The notes under the pieces: model-generated
The model's database searches: none
Seen by the model: the letters and a program-made list of their open reading frames with translations, nothing else
Told to the model about the DNA's origin: nothing
In this document: positions 11,769 to 26,287 of the stretch, in pieces
Position numbering within the stretch: position 1 is the stretch's first letter
Layout: each line of letters begins with the position of its first letter
NCBI RefSeq assembly: GCF_036321535.1
Contig: NC_087437.1
Coordinates: 25,670,001-25,734,000 of the forward strand
Direction: 5' to 3'
Length of the DNA: 64,000 nucleotides
From: Camelus dromedarius
Taxonomy: Eukaryota
Position numbers and translations under genes: made by a program

Positions 11769-14700
11769 TGAAATTCCTGTGAATTTTTAAGCAGCATTGA
11801 TGCTAATTTTAAAAACAGATGTAATTTAGCAAAATTATCTTTCCCTCATTATGTTTACGTTACATCCATGTGAATTGGAGGGCTAACTCAACCATAGTTA
11901 GCTGAGTGAAGTTATCTTGTTGGAGGTGTATCATTCAACTCAGACAGTTCCACAGGACACTCCGTTACCAGTCTCTAGTATGTGGCATCAACCTCTAACT
12001 AAAGGATGCTGTAGCCCAATGTTCAGAGCTTTAAAACAGAAACTAGGAATATGCATGGGCTTTTCTAAAATTCCAAGGAATTTTTGGGAAGAATAAGGAA
12101 AGCAAATATGCAAGTATTCTTTCCTAAAACCCACGTATCTGAGAATTCCTGCACTGGAGACATTTTTGCTATTTCTTTTGCCAACTGAAAGTTAACAGCC
12201 AGCAGGCTAGGAGTAGCCATATGCCTGAGCTTAACTGAGAAAAAACAGAAAGAGACGCCTGCTTTGGTCCCTTCTAGTGTAGTAGTACTGTATGCGCTTC
12301 TGCCTGGCTGACCAGAGACTGCTGCTTTGCCAGACCAGACTCAGCCCAGCCTTGCCCACACAGGAGCCCCTGGCTGTGAGGGCACCTCTCCTCTTCCTTC
12401 CTTTGACTTAATCCCACCCTGAGAACCTAGGACAGGCTCTAAGCTCTCTCTTCAGTCTCAAGCTCTCACCACTCCAAAGCAGCAACTAAGGAACAGCACA
12501 GGAATGGCCCCCTGAATATTTTCTATCTCAAACAGTGTTTCTGCTTTAAAATAGTAAGACTGGTTTTCCAGTGTGGGACATGGGAGTTCTACAAATCTAG
12601 AATTGCATCACATGTATTCACCTGCTCTGGCCAGACAACCTGTCTGAATTGGTAAAGAGAGTATTTCAGGCACAGAAGGAAGACAGGAGGAACCATGACA
12701 GTTAATGAGGTTATCTGGGGGCAAATGGGGTCTTGATGAACCTCTTAGGTCATCTTATTTGAGCAAATAGTCACACCCCCTCTAGACAGTTCTGACACCG
12801 CCTGAATCACACAGCCACATCTCTGTCCAGAAATGCCACCTTTCCTGCAACTAATGAAGACAAGTTTCTCTGCATTTCACAGGGCAGTTTCATTTCAATG
12901 TTAAAAATCCAATATCCACAACTAAAGGCAAAAAATTTTTCTTTCAACATTTCCTTTATGAGGTACCTAGAGGTATTCCAGTAGTTTACTAGATTTGATT
13001 TGAAGATTGGGTATTATTTGAAAGATTCTAGTAAATCACAAGAGAACTTTCACTTCCATTTTCTAGGACATTTCTTTTACAGTGATGATGTTTGAAAAAT
13101 ATGCAAAAATGCATAGCTTAAAAAAACAAAGTGACATTTTTAACTGTGTCTAGACATACAAAAATCCTAGGAGTACAAAGATCCAGAAAGATGGAAAATC
13201 ATTGTCTGTGAAGCATTCAACCTTAGGTATCTTTTTAAAGAAATTAATCTAACCTATGAAACATCATACCATCCTACATAATCAATCCTAAAATGATATT
13301 GTGTCTAACAACTATTCATCCTACTCTATACATATGCCAAGGCCTTTCATAAATCTTGATGCAGTAATGTAAGGTTGTACAGAACTATGCCCGCCAAGAA
13401 ATCACACCTATTCTGAGAAAAAGCTTCAAAATATTCTTGAAATCCACCTATTGTACTGTATTTCAGAGGCTAAATAGATTGGGGAGGAGGAAGAGGTCTT
13501 AAAGCATCACATGCCTATGTCTTCTCCCAGAAACAAGGGACTGTCAACATGCAACAGATGTTAAGAAGCCAAAGATTATTTATCATGAAAGTCTTATCCT
13601 GAAAAATACCAGGATCCTTCAAACATTTACTTAGATCCCCAGATAAAATAAAAGTGTCCTTCCTAGCTGACCTGAAAAACAGACCAGAGGCCTTCTCTAC
13701 ACAGTTTTAAAACTGGTCGCACAGAAAAAGGCTTTAATATAGAAAATATATCAGAAAGTTAGAATTGAGAGATTTCTATTTTCTTCTTTCAACTCTTTCA
13801 TATTTTGCTAAATGATTTTCAGTAGGCATTTATTACTTTTAGAATCAGAAAATAAAACTCCAAAAATCAAAGCTATAGCATAATTTTTCTTCTCAAAGCA
13901 GCTCACATTAAAACAAACACAGAGAGATATTTTACCCCCACAGGACACAGCAACCACTTGAATCTACCACATGATATATGCTGACACTCTTCAGCTCTGC
14001 AGCCTGACAGTGGCCAGTAAGCTCATCTATAGAGCCTGACATTGTACTAACTACCGAGAAGACATGGAAATGTTGTTCAGTACCGACCATCCACCAAGTC
14101 CCTTACACATGCATCTCATTTTGCCCTTAGAGCCACTTGTTAGAGTCCCATTTGCATCCCTATTTTACAGATGAGGAAACCAAGGTCTAGAATAACTAAG
14201 CAGCCTGCTCCAGGTAAAGTAGCCGGTGTTTGGGAGCCACTCTGAGGTTACATTTGTCTAAGTCCAAAGTCAAGCTCTTCCTTTTCCTCTGTATCCCTGC
14301 CAAACACACCCTTTGAAGCAATGAAGCAAGCATTTGCTTTGGGATTTTCTAGTGCTGGTAAGTTTGTCCAATGTCAAGAACATGAAGGCATTTGTAAACC
14401 CATCCTCTGCCTTATTTGCAGGGTTGGGGCAAGGGATACATGCCATATTACATATCAGATGGAAAGTAATGAAACTATCACTGCTGTGCATATAACAGGG
14501 TCATCTCCTCAATAATATTACTTTGATAAGAAAGGTATACAACCGTGGTACTGAGAAGTTTCATATATGACCATCTATACATTTGTCAACGTAAAGAGGT
14601 AGCTTTTAAAAAGAAACTCTAATAAGTTACCTGATTAAATTCACTCACTCTGTTAAGTTACCTATAATTCTGGGTGATGGTGTTGCCTTCTTCCAAACAA

Positions 14701-15557
14701 TCCATAATTAACTGAGTTGTGTTTAAAGATTAAAGACCCTTCCTCTGCCAAGGCACTGTTTAAAATTCTTTATAAATGACTTGCATTAGTTCAACTTTTA
14801 AAAAGCATTTATGGGGCACCTACATCATCTGGACCCTGAAGAGAGCAGCCAGTGAACAAACATTTGAGCAACCATATTATCTTGGCTTCTAAATGTCCTT
14901 GGGTTGCTTTACAAATAGCAGAGGGAGGAAATAGCTTTACGAAGGACAGAAGGAGGAAAAGTGGAGACGAGTGGGGATGTGAGTGTTTTAGCAATTTCTG
15001 CAACGTTCACTACTTTACCAAGAGAGGCTCTGAGCACTGATGGTAAAAGTATAAAATCTAGACAGAGGACACATCGTTTTCCAGATAACTTATAGTATTT
15101 TTAGTATATTCAAAATATTTTGTAATTTAAATGTTTTTAACTTAACAATTTACAACAAAATTTCAAACACGTATTTTTTTTTATTAAGGACCATCCATCA
15201 AGATTCCGTGGCCAGATACCCAAACGCATCTCAGGTTGCAAGTGCAAATTTAAACTAATTCCTTCCATCATTAAATTCAAGCATACAGTAGAGTAATATT
15301 TTAGAACAAAGACCTGGGTTCAAATCTTAACTCTGTGGACATACTAGCTCTGCTACCTTGGGTAAGTTATTTGCTAAACAAGGACTCTGCCTCCCATCCC
15401 TTCTGTAAAATGGGTATTCCCAACTGTAAAAGGTCTATGAGCAGCATGGCATTCGCCTGTCACAAAGTGGGCATTTAGTGCTACAGTTGCCACCCTATCC
15501 CTCTCCCCAACTAGAAAACATCAGGGGAGGGGGGACATTTCACCCACCAGAACCCTG

Positions 15558-15601
15558 AGAGGAAATCAGCTGCTCCTTCAGATAAGAGCTGAGGCATAAA
15601 A
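15558..15601 (+). promoter_or_regulatory. CPA3: CPA3 proximal promoter: ETS (AGAGGAAAT), E-box CAGCTG, GATA site AGATAAG, TATA-like CATAAAA
   Basis: ETS 15558-15566, CAGCTG 15567-15572, AGATAA 15580-15585, CATAAAA 15595-15601, ATG at 15637. GATA dependence of the mast-cell CPA promoter is established. Confidence 0.7.
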
Positions 15602-15636
15602 CTGCCAGATGGTCTCCAGGCAGGCAAAGAAGAACC

Positions 15637-15704
15637 ATGCGGTTCATCCTGCCTGTGGGTTTGATCGCTACCACCCTTGCAATTGCTCCTGTCTGCTTTG
15701 ACAG
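15637..15704 (+). CDS. CPA3: CPA3 exon 1 (signal peptide)
   Basis: agaaccATG; MRFILPVGLIATTLAIAPVCFD(R); donor CAG|gtaaat. Confidence 0.93.
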
Positions 15705-15802
15705 GTAAATCTCTCCGCCCTGTGTTCCAGACTCTGTGTGGGCAGAGGATTAAGAAATGCTTCTTGTACAGTTCACATTTTTCATCCTTTGCATTCTTAC
15801 AG

Positions 15803-15878
15803 GGAGAAGGTGCTCCGTGTGAAGCCCCAGGATGAAAAGCAAGCAAACGTCATAAAGGACTTGGCCAAAGCCAACCAG
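15803..15878 (+). CDS. CPA3: CPA3 exon 2 (propeptide)
   Basis: ttacag|G; EKVLRVKPQDEKQANVIKDLAKANQ; donor CAG|gtaagg. Confidence 0.93.
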
Positions 15879-16844
15879 GTAAGGCATGGAGAGGGCTATC
15901 CTATCTTTCCTTTCTGTTCCCTGACAACTGCTTCTTTGGTCTCTTATTTTTAATGCCCATGGAGCTCCCAAAGACAAAGGCAGGGGGAAGTGGCAGGAGC
16001 TACTTGGCTAATTCAGCCAATCGCCAATACTTTCCTTGTTTCTGTTTATTTTTCCCCAAATTACCCCTTCTGTTTTCCTGCCCAAAGGCTCTACAGACAA
16101 CAGCTTTTTCTAGGTGAAACTGTGAAATAGGGAGATGTTCCTGACACGTTTATCATGGCTTCTCTCCTTCATTGCCAGCTCCATTCTCTTCTGATCTGTA
16201 AAGTAGCATAATTTCTGTTAAAATCATGATAATATCAAGGTACTGGGTGACTGATGACATCAATGCACTAGTTGATAATATCAAGATGTGACCCCTTCCA
16301 AGAGAAGGTCCATTTTAAAAGTAAACTCTTAAAGTTAGATCAGTCTTTTAAAATCCAACGGATTAAAATAAACATTTTATCATTTGTTCAGCTGCTCCTG
16401 GACACAAGACACATATGCCAGCCACCTTACATACATCATTTCAAATTCTCCATCAGATTTTTAGTGTCACTGTCATAATTAAACTTGTTTAAAACGGAAC
16501 TGAAATTCAAAGACAGTAAATTAAATAACCAAGATGATACATCAGATTTAAACCCAGAACCAAATCTGGGATTTATTCTAGTCACATCAAATCAATCAAA
16601 AGTTCTGCCTATACTAATTCCCAAATGTTTTTCAAATCCATTCTTTCCTCTTCATCCCCTTGTCAGTGCCAAATTCATGTGTGCCCTGTCTTTTACAGGG
16701 ACAATTTCAATAGACAATTTCGATTTCTCTGGTGTTCTGGGTTCTCATCCTGCCTCCCACAAAGCCAAGTCCACACTGTAACCGGATTGCTCTCTCTAAA
16801 ACCGGACAATTACATTCCTCCATTTGGAGCTTTTTAGCAAGAGG

Positions 16845-17070
16845 TGGCCTTGTATGGAAAAAGCATGGTCTTCAGAGGTTGAAACCCTAGCTCTACACTA
16901 GCTCTGTGTCCTCAGGCAAGTTACTTAACCTCTGTGGGTCTCAATTTCCTCCTCTGTAAAGTGGGGATAATAATCATATCTACTTCCCAAAGCTGCTGTA
17001 AAGACTAAATGCACTAATATTTGAGTAATCTTCAGAAGTGGGCCTAGCCATAACAAGCACTGTAGAAGTA
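16845..17070 (+). mobile_element. MIR SINE
   Basis: agctctgtgtcctcaggcaagttacttaacctctgtgggtctcaatttcctcctctgtaaagtggggataataat. Confidence 0.8.
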
Positions 17071-18550
17071 TTTTCTATTCGTATTGGTGTGGCATTCCAA
17101 GAATTTCATAACCTGCCAACCTCTGCACCCCCCACCCTCTTTCTCACCCTTCAATCATCATAAACACCAAAAACTCACCCACTTTGGCCCTATTCACTTT
17201 TTTCTCAGGAGGAATGCATTTCCTTCTTTACTTGGCTAACTGCTATTTATTCTTCAAGACCCAGCTCAGGCAGTGTCTCCTGAAGGAAGTCCTTCTCTGT
17301 TCATCCACTCTCCTGAGCCAGTTTGGATAGCTTTCTGTGCTCCTAGAACACCTGTGCTTGCCCCTGGCATTTGGTCAGCATACAGGAAATGCATACACGG
17401 CTCTGTCTCCCACACTAAACTTCTTGCTTCTCTTCTATTAGTCTCTACAATCCTGGCACCCAGCTCTGTGCCTGGTGCTTAATAAATGCTCATGAAAGTT
17501 CACTGAGCCCTAAACTGTTAGCCCAATTTACCCTGTCAGAGAAACTGCTATTGTGATTAGATGGCCCTATATAACTCACCTTTAAATCACACTTCTATCT
17601 TTCATATGTCTAATTCACGCTGTTCTTTTTCATCAAAATAAACCAATAAATATCAATTGGTTCATCACAGCTTCATACTGGCATATAACTGACTGACCTA
17701 GAGGTAGAGTGGGATTCAACTACAAAACAGCCATAGACTTAGATGTGTCCACAAGTTTGGCATAATGGGTGGAAAGTGGGCATTTTCTCCACATTTCCTA
17801 GGTTGGGAAGTTGTACTTCATTTGGTCTCACAATTGGGTACGATTTTGAAGAACAAGTATTGGAATCTTCTCGAATTGTTTTAATCTGAATGCTATCTTT
17901 ATAGTCCCATTCACCAAATTTCTGAAATTCTGAGCCAGAGGAAGAGAAGGGAACCAGCAGTTGCTGAATGCCTGCAAGGCCCAGACGTCACAGCCATTTC
18001 AGGTTTCGCAACACTCCCAGTAGAGAGCTGTTAGTCCCAGTTTTTAGGGGAGAGAGCTGAAATTCAAAGAGTTTTAGTAATTTGCCCTAAGACACACTGC
18101 TAGAAAAATGACAGGGCTGGAGTTATGCCTTCATTGGACACAAACCTTCTAAGAATTCCAGAGTTCACAGGGACATCTGGTTCTGAGGTCTGCTTCAGGA
18201 GTGGGGACTGGGGAGGGGGAAACAGCTGCTGTGGCTAAATCAACTGTGAAACAACACCAACCAACCCCAAGGTGGTGGAAGCAAACAGATTAACCAAAAG
18301 TGGTCCATTCTTTTTGTATTTGTAGGTACCATGACCTAAAAAAGTGATCAATACAATGGGGTTTTTTCCCCACTCCCTAATATTCAACAGTTCTTAAATA
18401 TATTTAAGATCTCATACGCTTATTCAGAGAAGGGTCCATACTTTAGTCACACTGAAATTCCTTTCATGGCATATGACACATAGTCAGTTCTTAATAAATG
18501 TGTTGGATGAGCAAATAAACAACTGACTAACACTGATCTTATCTCCACAG

Positions 18551-18675
18551 CTTGACTTCTGGTATCCAGACGCCACCTACCATGTAGCTGCTAACATGAC
18601 AGTGGATTTCCGAGTTAGTGAAAAGGAATCCCAGCCCATTCAGTCTGCCTTGGATCAAAATAAAGTGCACTACGA
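18551..18675 (+). CDS. CPA3: CPA3 exon 3 (propeptide)
   Basis: ccacag|CTT; LDFWYPDATYHVAANMTVDFRVSEKESQPIQSALDQNKVHY(E); donor CGA|gtaagt. Confidence 0.93.
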
Positions 18676-21600
18676 GTAAGTCCCATGCAAATATTCAAAT
18701 GTATTGGATACTCAAAGTTTGAGGAGTCTTGAAATTGAGAGGGAAGTACTATTTTTAAATTGGGCCCACCCAGAATGAAAGCTCTATCTATGAAATAAAA
18801 TTTAAAGTTACTTCCAAACTAACTATGAAAACCTGCTTTTAAAAGTGATGAGTTCAAATTTGGCCACTCAACTCCCATCATATGTTTGCTGCGATCTGCA
18901 AGAATGACAATTACGTTCATCTTCCATCTCCAAAAACCAGCCCCTAGTAAGGACAGAGTGCACTTAAGCAGGCATGGATGGTTTGGGCACATTCAACGCC
19001 CCCTACAGGTAATCAGCGCAGCGCTCAGCACTGCTGATGACTGGCAGCACCACACTCTTGTATTTGAATTCTCCTGACACATAAAAGGAGACCCAAATAA
19101 CAGTGTTCATCTTTGAGTCAGAGATGCAAGAATGTAAAATATATAACAAAATAAATAATTCTTTATGAAAGAAATTCTTCCTCAGAGAAAACAAAAACAA
19201 TGCAGTAAAAATAAGACTTAAATCTAAGAGAAGAGATTTCTCGAACTGCCAGAGATGCAGAAATGAGTCGTTGTGGTCCCACAGAGAAATAAGGGGAAAT
19301 TAGAACTTACTGAGCACCAATTACAGGTCACGCACACACAGTCTGGGCCCTGGGCCAACGAATAAGAAGGGAGCCCAGAGATGAGCATCACAAATCAGCA
19401 CACAATACAGAAAACAACATGTGCTTTTATCCTTTAAAACATGTAGCAGTTTGATGTACTGAGGGGTCCTGTTTTAAATCCCCCAGCCCTTGTTATTCCA
19501 GCAGTCCCCTTTACTGAGCCCCCCACCACTCAAAACACTGCTAAACACTAGTTCTATCTTTTAGATTTGCTATTTCATGCCTCTGCCACCTAACCTAGTG
19601 TTGTCACTCACATGGCTCAAGGATCCTATGTCATATTACAGAGTGGGGCTTACTGATGGTCATACGACTTGACTGTATTTATTACATTGCTACAGTATCC
19701 CTAATACATATAAACAATGTTGAAACGAAGGAAACACATACATGAGACAAGTAAATAAACAATGTTCTTGACTGTGGTTTAATGGCTTAAAAAGTGATTG
19801 CTGTTGCTGACTATCTTTGTTTTTGTTGTTGTTTCAAGAGGGTTGTGAAACAAATGCAGAAGTGAATAAATGGGGAGAACATATTCAAAATTAATTTATA
19901 CCAGCACTTAAGCCTTTTTAATTAATGTATCAATATGTTCTTTCGTATGATTTTATAAATTACACCACTAAAATCAGAAATAGACACTTTGTAACTCTGC
20001 CTCCAAGACTGCAGAAATTAGTAGTGCACTGTGGACTCTATGCTTATGCTAACATTGATGTCTGATTCCTTCATCTGAAAAGAAATCACCCCTCTTCCCT
20101 ACATACTCCCTGATGACTGTGTTTCTTGATTCACTTCACAGCAGACTTCTCAAATGTATGCCTCGATTACTACAATCTTTGCTTTCCTTCATTACTATAA
20201 ACCTGGCCCAGATTCCTATGATTAAGTAATTCTTACAAAGTATCTAGCACAAGCTAAAATAAATTTTAGCTGGTCAACTTCATATAATCTGGTTTGAACG
20301 GCAGGATAAAAATGTAGTACATTTTCCTTAATGTCTTGGTTAGGTAGACAAGAAGCTAGTTGCCCGACATTGAGTGTAGATAGCAGAATAAATCACTGTG
20401 ACAGAAGACACCTAGGTGGGGGGCTACCATCCTTCCATTTTATCAAATAGCTCACATCAGCCCTTCTATTTGGTCCTCTCCTAGTTTGAAACAATTCTGA
20501 CTCAGACAGAGGTCTAAATCCAGATCCTAACAAATAGATTTTTTCACTTTGTCTTTTGCCAAATACTTCCTTGCTACCTACATCAAGAACCAAAGCGTTA
20601 AACTACCTATAAAAATTAGTTTTATCTAATTAGAACATGATTTCTAGAAATTGGCCCAAATTAGCCACAGTTGTGGGAAAGCCACATAATTAGGTAGTTA
20701 CCTTCCTCAGAAATATAAATATGTAAAGTGGTCTGCACAGATAAGAACTATTTAAAATCTTGTCTCCAAGTACTAATTATAAGATAATTTTATTTGCATA
20801 TTAATTACACGTGCTACTTGGTGTCAGTAACAGAAGAGGGTTCTAAGAACAGAAACATCTGGTTGGACCCAGGCACCAGTCTGAATAAAGCCACATTAAG
20901 AGACTGGCTTGACACAATGATTTACTTAGACAGCTTCATTACACAGTGCATATAAACCACTACTTAGTTTAAAGCATCTGTGTGATTTTTTAATAATTTT
21001 CAGAAAATTAAATTACTAAGACATTTGATTTTAAAGTTGCATGTTGCTCCCTTTTTTATTTATACTTTTACAGAATCACAAAAGGCCAAGTCCAAAAAAC
21101 AAATAAAATGTATATACTAACAAACCTGAATAGACTGGCTTAATAAACGTCTAAAGGAATGAGCACCTATTGGATTGAGGCTTAAGGAGCAGATGCCATA
21201 TTTAGAGTCAGCAGTTGAAAACCAGTGTTTTTACTAATTTTTTACATTTGTAGATATTTGTATTTTAGATATATTTTAGATTATCTTTTCTTTGACCAAA
21301 AGTTAAAATTAGAAAATAATTATTAATTAAAGGTAATTCAGAAAATAACTATTAATAGTAAAATTCAAATTATACAATTAAGTAAAATCTTACTGAGATC
21401 CACATAAAGATTATGTGAGAAACACAGATATCTACACCAAACTGATCATCAACACTTCATAATAATGTCTAATTACCTAATAATGTTCAGTTAGATATAG
21501 ATTCATATTCCAAGTATATACATGGTCCTATCAAATAAGTGTTTCAAGCAAATAAATCATTCTAATGTTTCATCTTATTCATTTTTCCTTCTACTCCACA

Positions 21601-22278
21601 TTTTTATACATCCCTTACCCAAGAATAAAATGGGTAAATTAATATTTGCTACAAATATCGAAGAGATGTTGGTCACAGTGGAAAGCAGAAGAGTGTGGTA
21701 GATAAGAATGTGGATTCTGGAGTGAGAGTGTCTGAGTCTAGTCCCATTTAAACCATGCATTATTTAACACTGACAATTTATTTAACTTCTCTTCATCTCA
21801 TTTTCTTCATTTTTAAGATGATGTTTCATAGGGGTTCCATGAAGATTGGCTGGGACCATAAAATTGTTCTTTGCCTGGTTCCTTTACTACTGTTGTTAAT
21901 GCAAGTGGAGGAAAGACCACTTATACATGTGCTTACATGAGTGGTGCATGCACACACACACTGCGCAACAGGATAACTAGAGACTATCATCAGATGCTCC
22001 CTTTCCCTCCTAGTGAATACATTTAGTGCCTTAAAGTTTATTATCCAACACAGAGGTATGCCTCAAATGGTCAGAAATCCACGTCTGTGCCAAGTTTGAT
22101 ACAAAGTAAACCAGTTAGGGAGTTACTGGAGACAAATGAGATCTTGTGGAAACCTGAAATCATGCTTTGTGAGTAGCTCCTATCCTGCAGGAATGTAAGC
22201 ATTAGGGAAGGGCAGTTCAGACCAGTTTATAAGGCACCACAACAATGACTCTGCCTTCCTGCAACATCACTTCCCCAC

Positions 22279-22280
<2 letters not shown>

Positions 22281-22314
<34 letters not shown>
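22281..22314. repeat. (AC)17 microsatellite in CPA3 intron 3
   Basis: Perfect AC dinucleotide run. Confidence 0.95.
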
Positions 22315-22316
<2 letters not shown>

Positions 22317-22360
22317 AAAGCCCTTAGCAATCACATACACTGGCCCACAGTTCCTTCTTT

Positions 22361-24796
22361 TTTTAACTGAAGTATAGTTGAATTAAAATATTATATATTA
22401 GTTTCAGGAGTATAGCTTAATGATTCAGTATTTTTATAGGTTATACTCCATTAAAAGTCATCACAAAATAATGGCTATAATTCCCTGCACTATAAATATA
22501 TCCTTGTTGCTTATCTATGTTATACATAGTAGTTTGCACCTCCTAATGCCATATGCCTATCTTGCCTCACTCCACTTCCCTCTCCCCACTGGTAACCACT
22601 GCTTTGTTTTCTAAATCTGTGAGTCTGTTTCTGTTTTGCTATATACATATTCATTTGTTTTATTTTTCAGATTCCACAAATAAATGATATCATACAGTAT
22701 TTGTCTTTCTCTGTCTATTTCACGTAGCATAATATTATCTAGGTCCATCCACATTGTCTCAAATGGCAGAATCTCATTCTTTTTTATGGCTAAGAAATAT
22801 TCCATTGTATACATATACTGCATCTTCTTTATCCATTTGTCTGTTGATGGACACTTAGGTTGCTTGTATATTTTGGCTATTGTTAATAGTGCTACTATGA
22901 ACACTGGGGGTGCATGTATCTTTTCAAATTAGTGTTTATCTTTTTTTCCTGGATATATACCCAGGAGTGGAATTGCTGGATCATATGGTCATTCTATTTT
23001 CAGTTTTTTGAGGAGCCTCCATACTGTTTTCCACAGTGTCTGCACCAATTTACATTCCTACCAATAGTGTAGGAGGGTTCCCTTTTCTCCACATCCTCAC
23101 CAATATTTGTTCTTTATGTTCTTTTTGATGATGGCCATTTTGACAGATGTGAGGTGATATCTCATTGTTCTTTTGATTTTCATTTCTCTAATAACTAGCA
23201 ATGTTGAGCATCTTTTCATGTGCCTGTTAGCCATCCAAATGTCTTCTTTGGAAGAATGTCTACTTAGGTCTTCTGCCCCTTTTTTGACTGGGTTATGTGT
23301 TTTTTGATGTTGAGTTGTATGAGTTGTTTACACATTGTTGATATTAACACCTTATCAGGCATATCATTTGCAAATATTTTCTCCCATTCAGTAGGTTGTC
23401 TTTTGTTTTTTCAATAGTTTCCTTTGCTGTGCAAATGGCTTTAAGTTTAATTAGGTTCCATTTGTTTATTTTTGCCTTCTTTTGCTTTAAGAGACAGATC
23501 CAAAAAATATTGCAAGAGTCAAAGAGTGTTCTGCCTGTGTTTTCTTCTAGGAGTTTCATGGTTTTAGGTCTTACACTTAGGTCATTAATACATTTTGAAT
23601 TTATTTTTGTATATAGTGTGAGAAAATGTTCTAATCTCACTGTTTTACATGCAGCTGTCCAGTTTTCCCAGCATCACTTATTAAAGAGATTGTCTTTTCT
23701 CCATCATACATTCTTGCCTCCTTTGTCATAGATTAATGATCGTAGGTGCATAGGTGTATTTCTAGGCTCTCTATTCTGTTCCATTGGTCCATGCGTCTGT
23801 TTTCGTGCCAGTACTATGTTCTTTGATGACAGTAGCTTTGTAGTATAGTCTGAAGTCAGGGAAGTTCAGTTAGCCTCCGGCTAACTGAATCCAACAATAC
23901 ATAAAAAGATCTTACACCATGATCAAGTGAGATTTATTCCGGGGGTGCAAGGATGGTTCAATATTTGCAAGTCAATCAATGTGATATACTACATTAAGAA
24001 AAGGAAGGATAAAAATCACATGATCAACTCAATAGACACAGAAAGAGTATTTGACAAAATTCAGTATCCATTCATGATAAAAATTCTCATCAAAGTGGGT
24101 AGAAATGGAATATATCTCAACATAATAAAGCAGTTTATGACAAACCCACAGCTATCATCATACTCAATGGTAAAATGTTGAAAGCCTTTCCTCTAAATTG
24201 AGGAACAAGACACAGATGCCCACCCTTGGCAATTCTATTTAACGTAGTATTGGCAACTCTAGGCACAGCAATCAGACAAGAGTAAGAAATAAAAGCCATC
24301 CAAATTGTAAGGGAAGAGGTAAAATTATCACTATTTGCAGAGGACATGATACTTCATATAGAAAACCCTAAAGTCTCTACCCAAAACCTATTGAAACTAA
24401 TAAATAAATTCAGCAAAGTTGCAGGATACAAGATTAATATACAGAAATCTGTTGCTTTTCTATACACTAATGATGAACTATCAGAAAGAAAAAAAATTGT
24501 TTTAAAATCATATCAAAAAGAATAAAATACCTGAGAATAAACTTAACCAAGGAGGTGAAAGACCTACACACCAAAACCTATGAAGCAGTGATGATGGAGA
24601 CTGAGGGCGACACAAAACCCACACTCTTGGGCTGGATGCGCTACTATTGTTAACATGGCCATAACACACAAAGCAGTCTACAGATTTAATGACATTCCTA
24701 TCAAAATACCCATGACGTTTTTCACAGAACTAGAACAAATTATCCTAAAATTTATATGGACCCACAAAAGACCCCAAATTGCCAAAGCAATCTCCA
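22361..24796 (-). mobile_element. 5'-inverted L1 (twin priming) in CPA3 intron 3
   Basis: 22361-~23881 is the L1 3'UTR and ORF2 end on the minus strand; ~23882-24793 is the RT region on the plus strand ([18 protein letters not shown]). Flanking direct repeat ttccttcttt at 22351-22360 and 24797-24806. Confidence 0.85.
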
Positions 24797-25009
24797 TTCC
24801 TTCTTTATTACTCTCTAAAAGCAGCAGAAGGAGGAAGGCTTTAAGTTGTCAAAACAGAATTCATTTTGCCTCTTCTCTGAGTCTACCTCTTCCTGATCTT
24901 GGGACTAAGGCTTCCAGGAGAGCTGGTCAACTGGGCAAACTTTGCACAAACTTCAGGAAATTAAGAAGACTATCGGTCTGATGGCAGCACTCAGGGATTT
25001 CATTCCTTG

Positions 25010-25260
25010 TGTTGGAGGCACTGTTGTGTAATGGTTCACAGCTAGAGCACTGAAGGTCATACATCTCTGGGTTCAAATCCCAGTTTCTGTATTTTACCAG
25101 TTGTGTCAATGTTGGAAATCTACCTAACCTCTATAAAAATGAGAGTTATAATAGTACTCAATTAACAGTGTTGATGTAAAGATTAAATGATAAAATGTAA
25201 CTGTCATGCTGAACAGAGTGCCTGGAACATAAGAAAAACTCAATAAACATTAGCCATTTA
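25010..25260 (+). mobile_element. MIR SINE
   Basis: ctgggttcaaatcccag...taacctct...gattaaatgataa...agagtgcctggaacataa...ctcaataaacattagc. Confidence 0.75.
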
Positions 25261-26287
25261 TAAAATTAAATCCTCAGTGATAATTATTTATCCTTTCATC
25301 TATATTTAGGAACTTTTTTAAACAAATTAAGCAAATCTTGAAGTGCTAAAATAATATCTGAGAGAAAATAATTTGGTTTTGTCTACTTAAATATGACTGC
25401 TAGTTAGTGGAAAGGCTCATGAAAATAACATCTGGCAGTGGTTCTTAATTTCCAGCCTTAGGCTTAATTTCAAGTCCCTATCAGCAACAATCTGGCACTA
25501 TTCTGATGTCCTCAAGCAGCTGCACTTGTGGAAAGGTCGTATTTCAGCTCACACGACTTTCTTTTGCTGCTGTTATCACAAGAGCTAAATTGATACGTGC
25601 TAAGTCTAAAAATATTCTTAGACAGGCGCTTCCTGTGACTAATTAATACTGCCTTATGTTACGAATCAACCTCCGAGATCATAAAATCTCTTTTGCCTGT
25701 CCTCTACTTCTATTAATGCAGGTGGAGCAAAAGCCACATGCCCTCTTTAGAGCTTAAAACAATTAATTATCTCTGTAGGGACAAACCAAAGTATAATTTC
25801 CAACTTCTCAAACTCCATGTGAGTTTCAGTGCAACATACCCCATCTGACTCCAAATTCATTGTTACAGTTTTTTTCTTAGAAATCCCAGATTCATCACAA
25901 GTCAAAACCAAGCATATAGTGAGTTAGATAAAATATGCATAATAATGTGCTTCTCAGCGATGTTAATGGGAATCAATATTCATGAGCAGTACTTGGTCTC
26001 AATGCTAAATAAGCTCTGAATACAGTATACCTAGTATATACCTCATTTATGCTTTTCCTCTAAACTCTGGTCAGTCAGTCAGTGAGAACAGCACAGTTCT
26101 AGATAAATGGGAAGATCAGAAGCCAGGCATGAGACATGTTTAAAAGAGGTGGTTAGAGAATAATGAACAAACAGGGCAAACAATCTAAGATAGACAGGAA
26201 GGAAGAAGAAATTTCTGCAAAGGGAAGATAACTGTTTTTCTTTCTTTCTCTGGTAAATGTGTGTTTTATCATTCCCCTGTCAAACAG

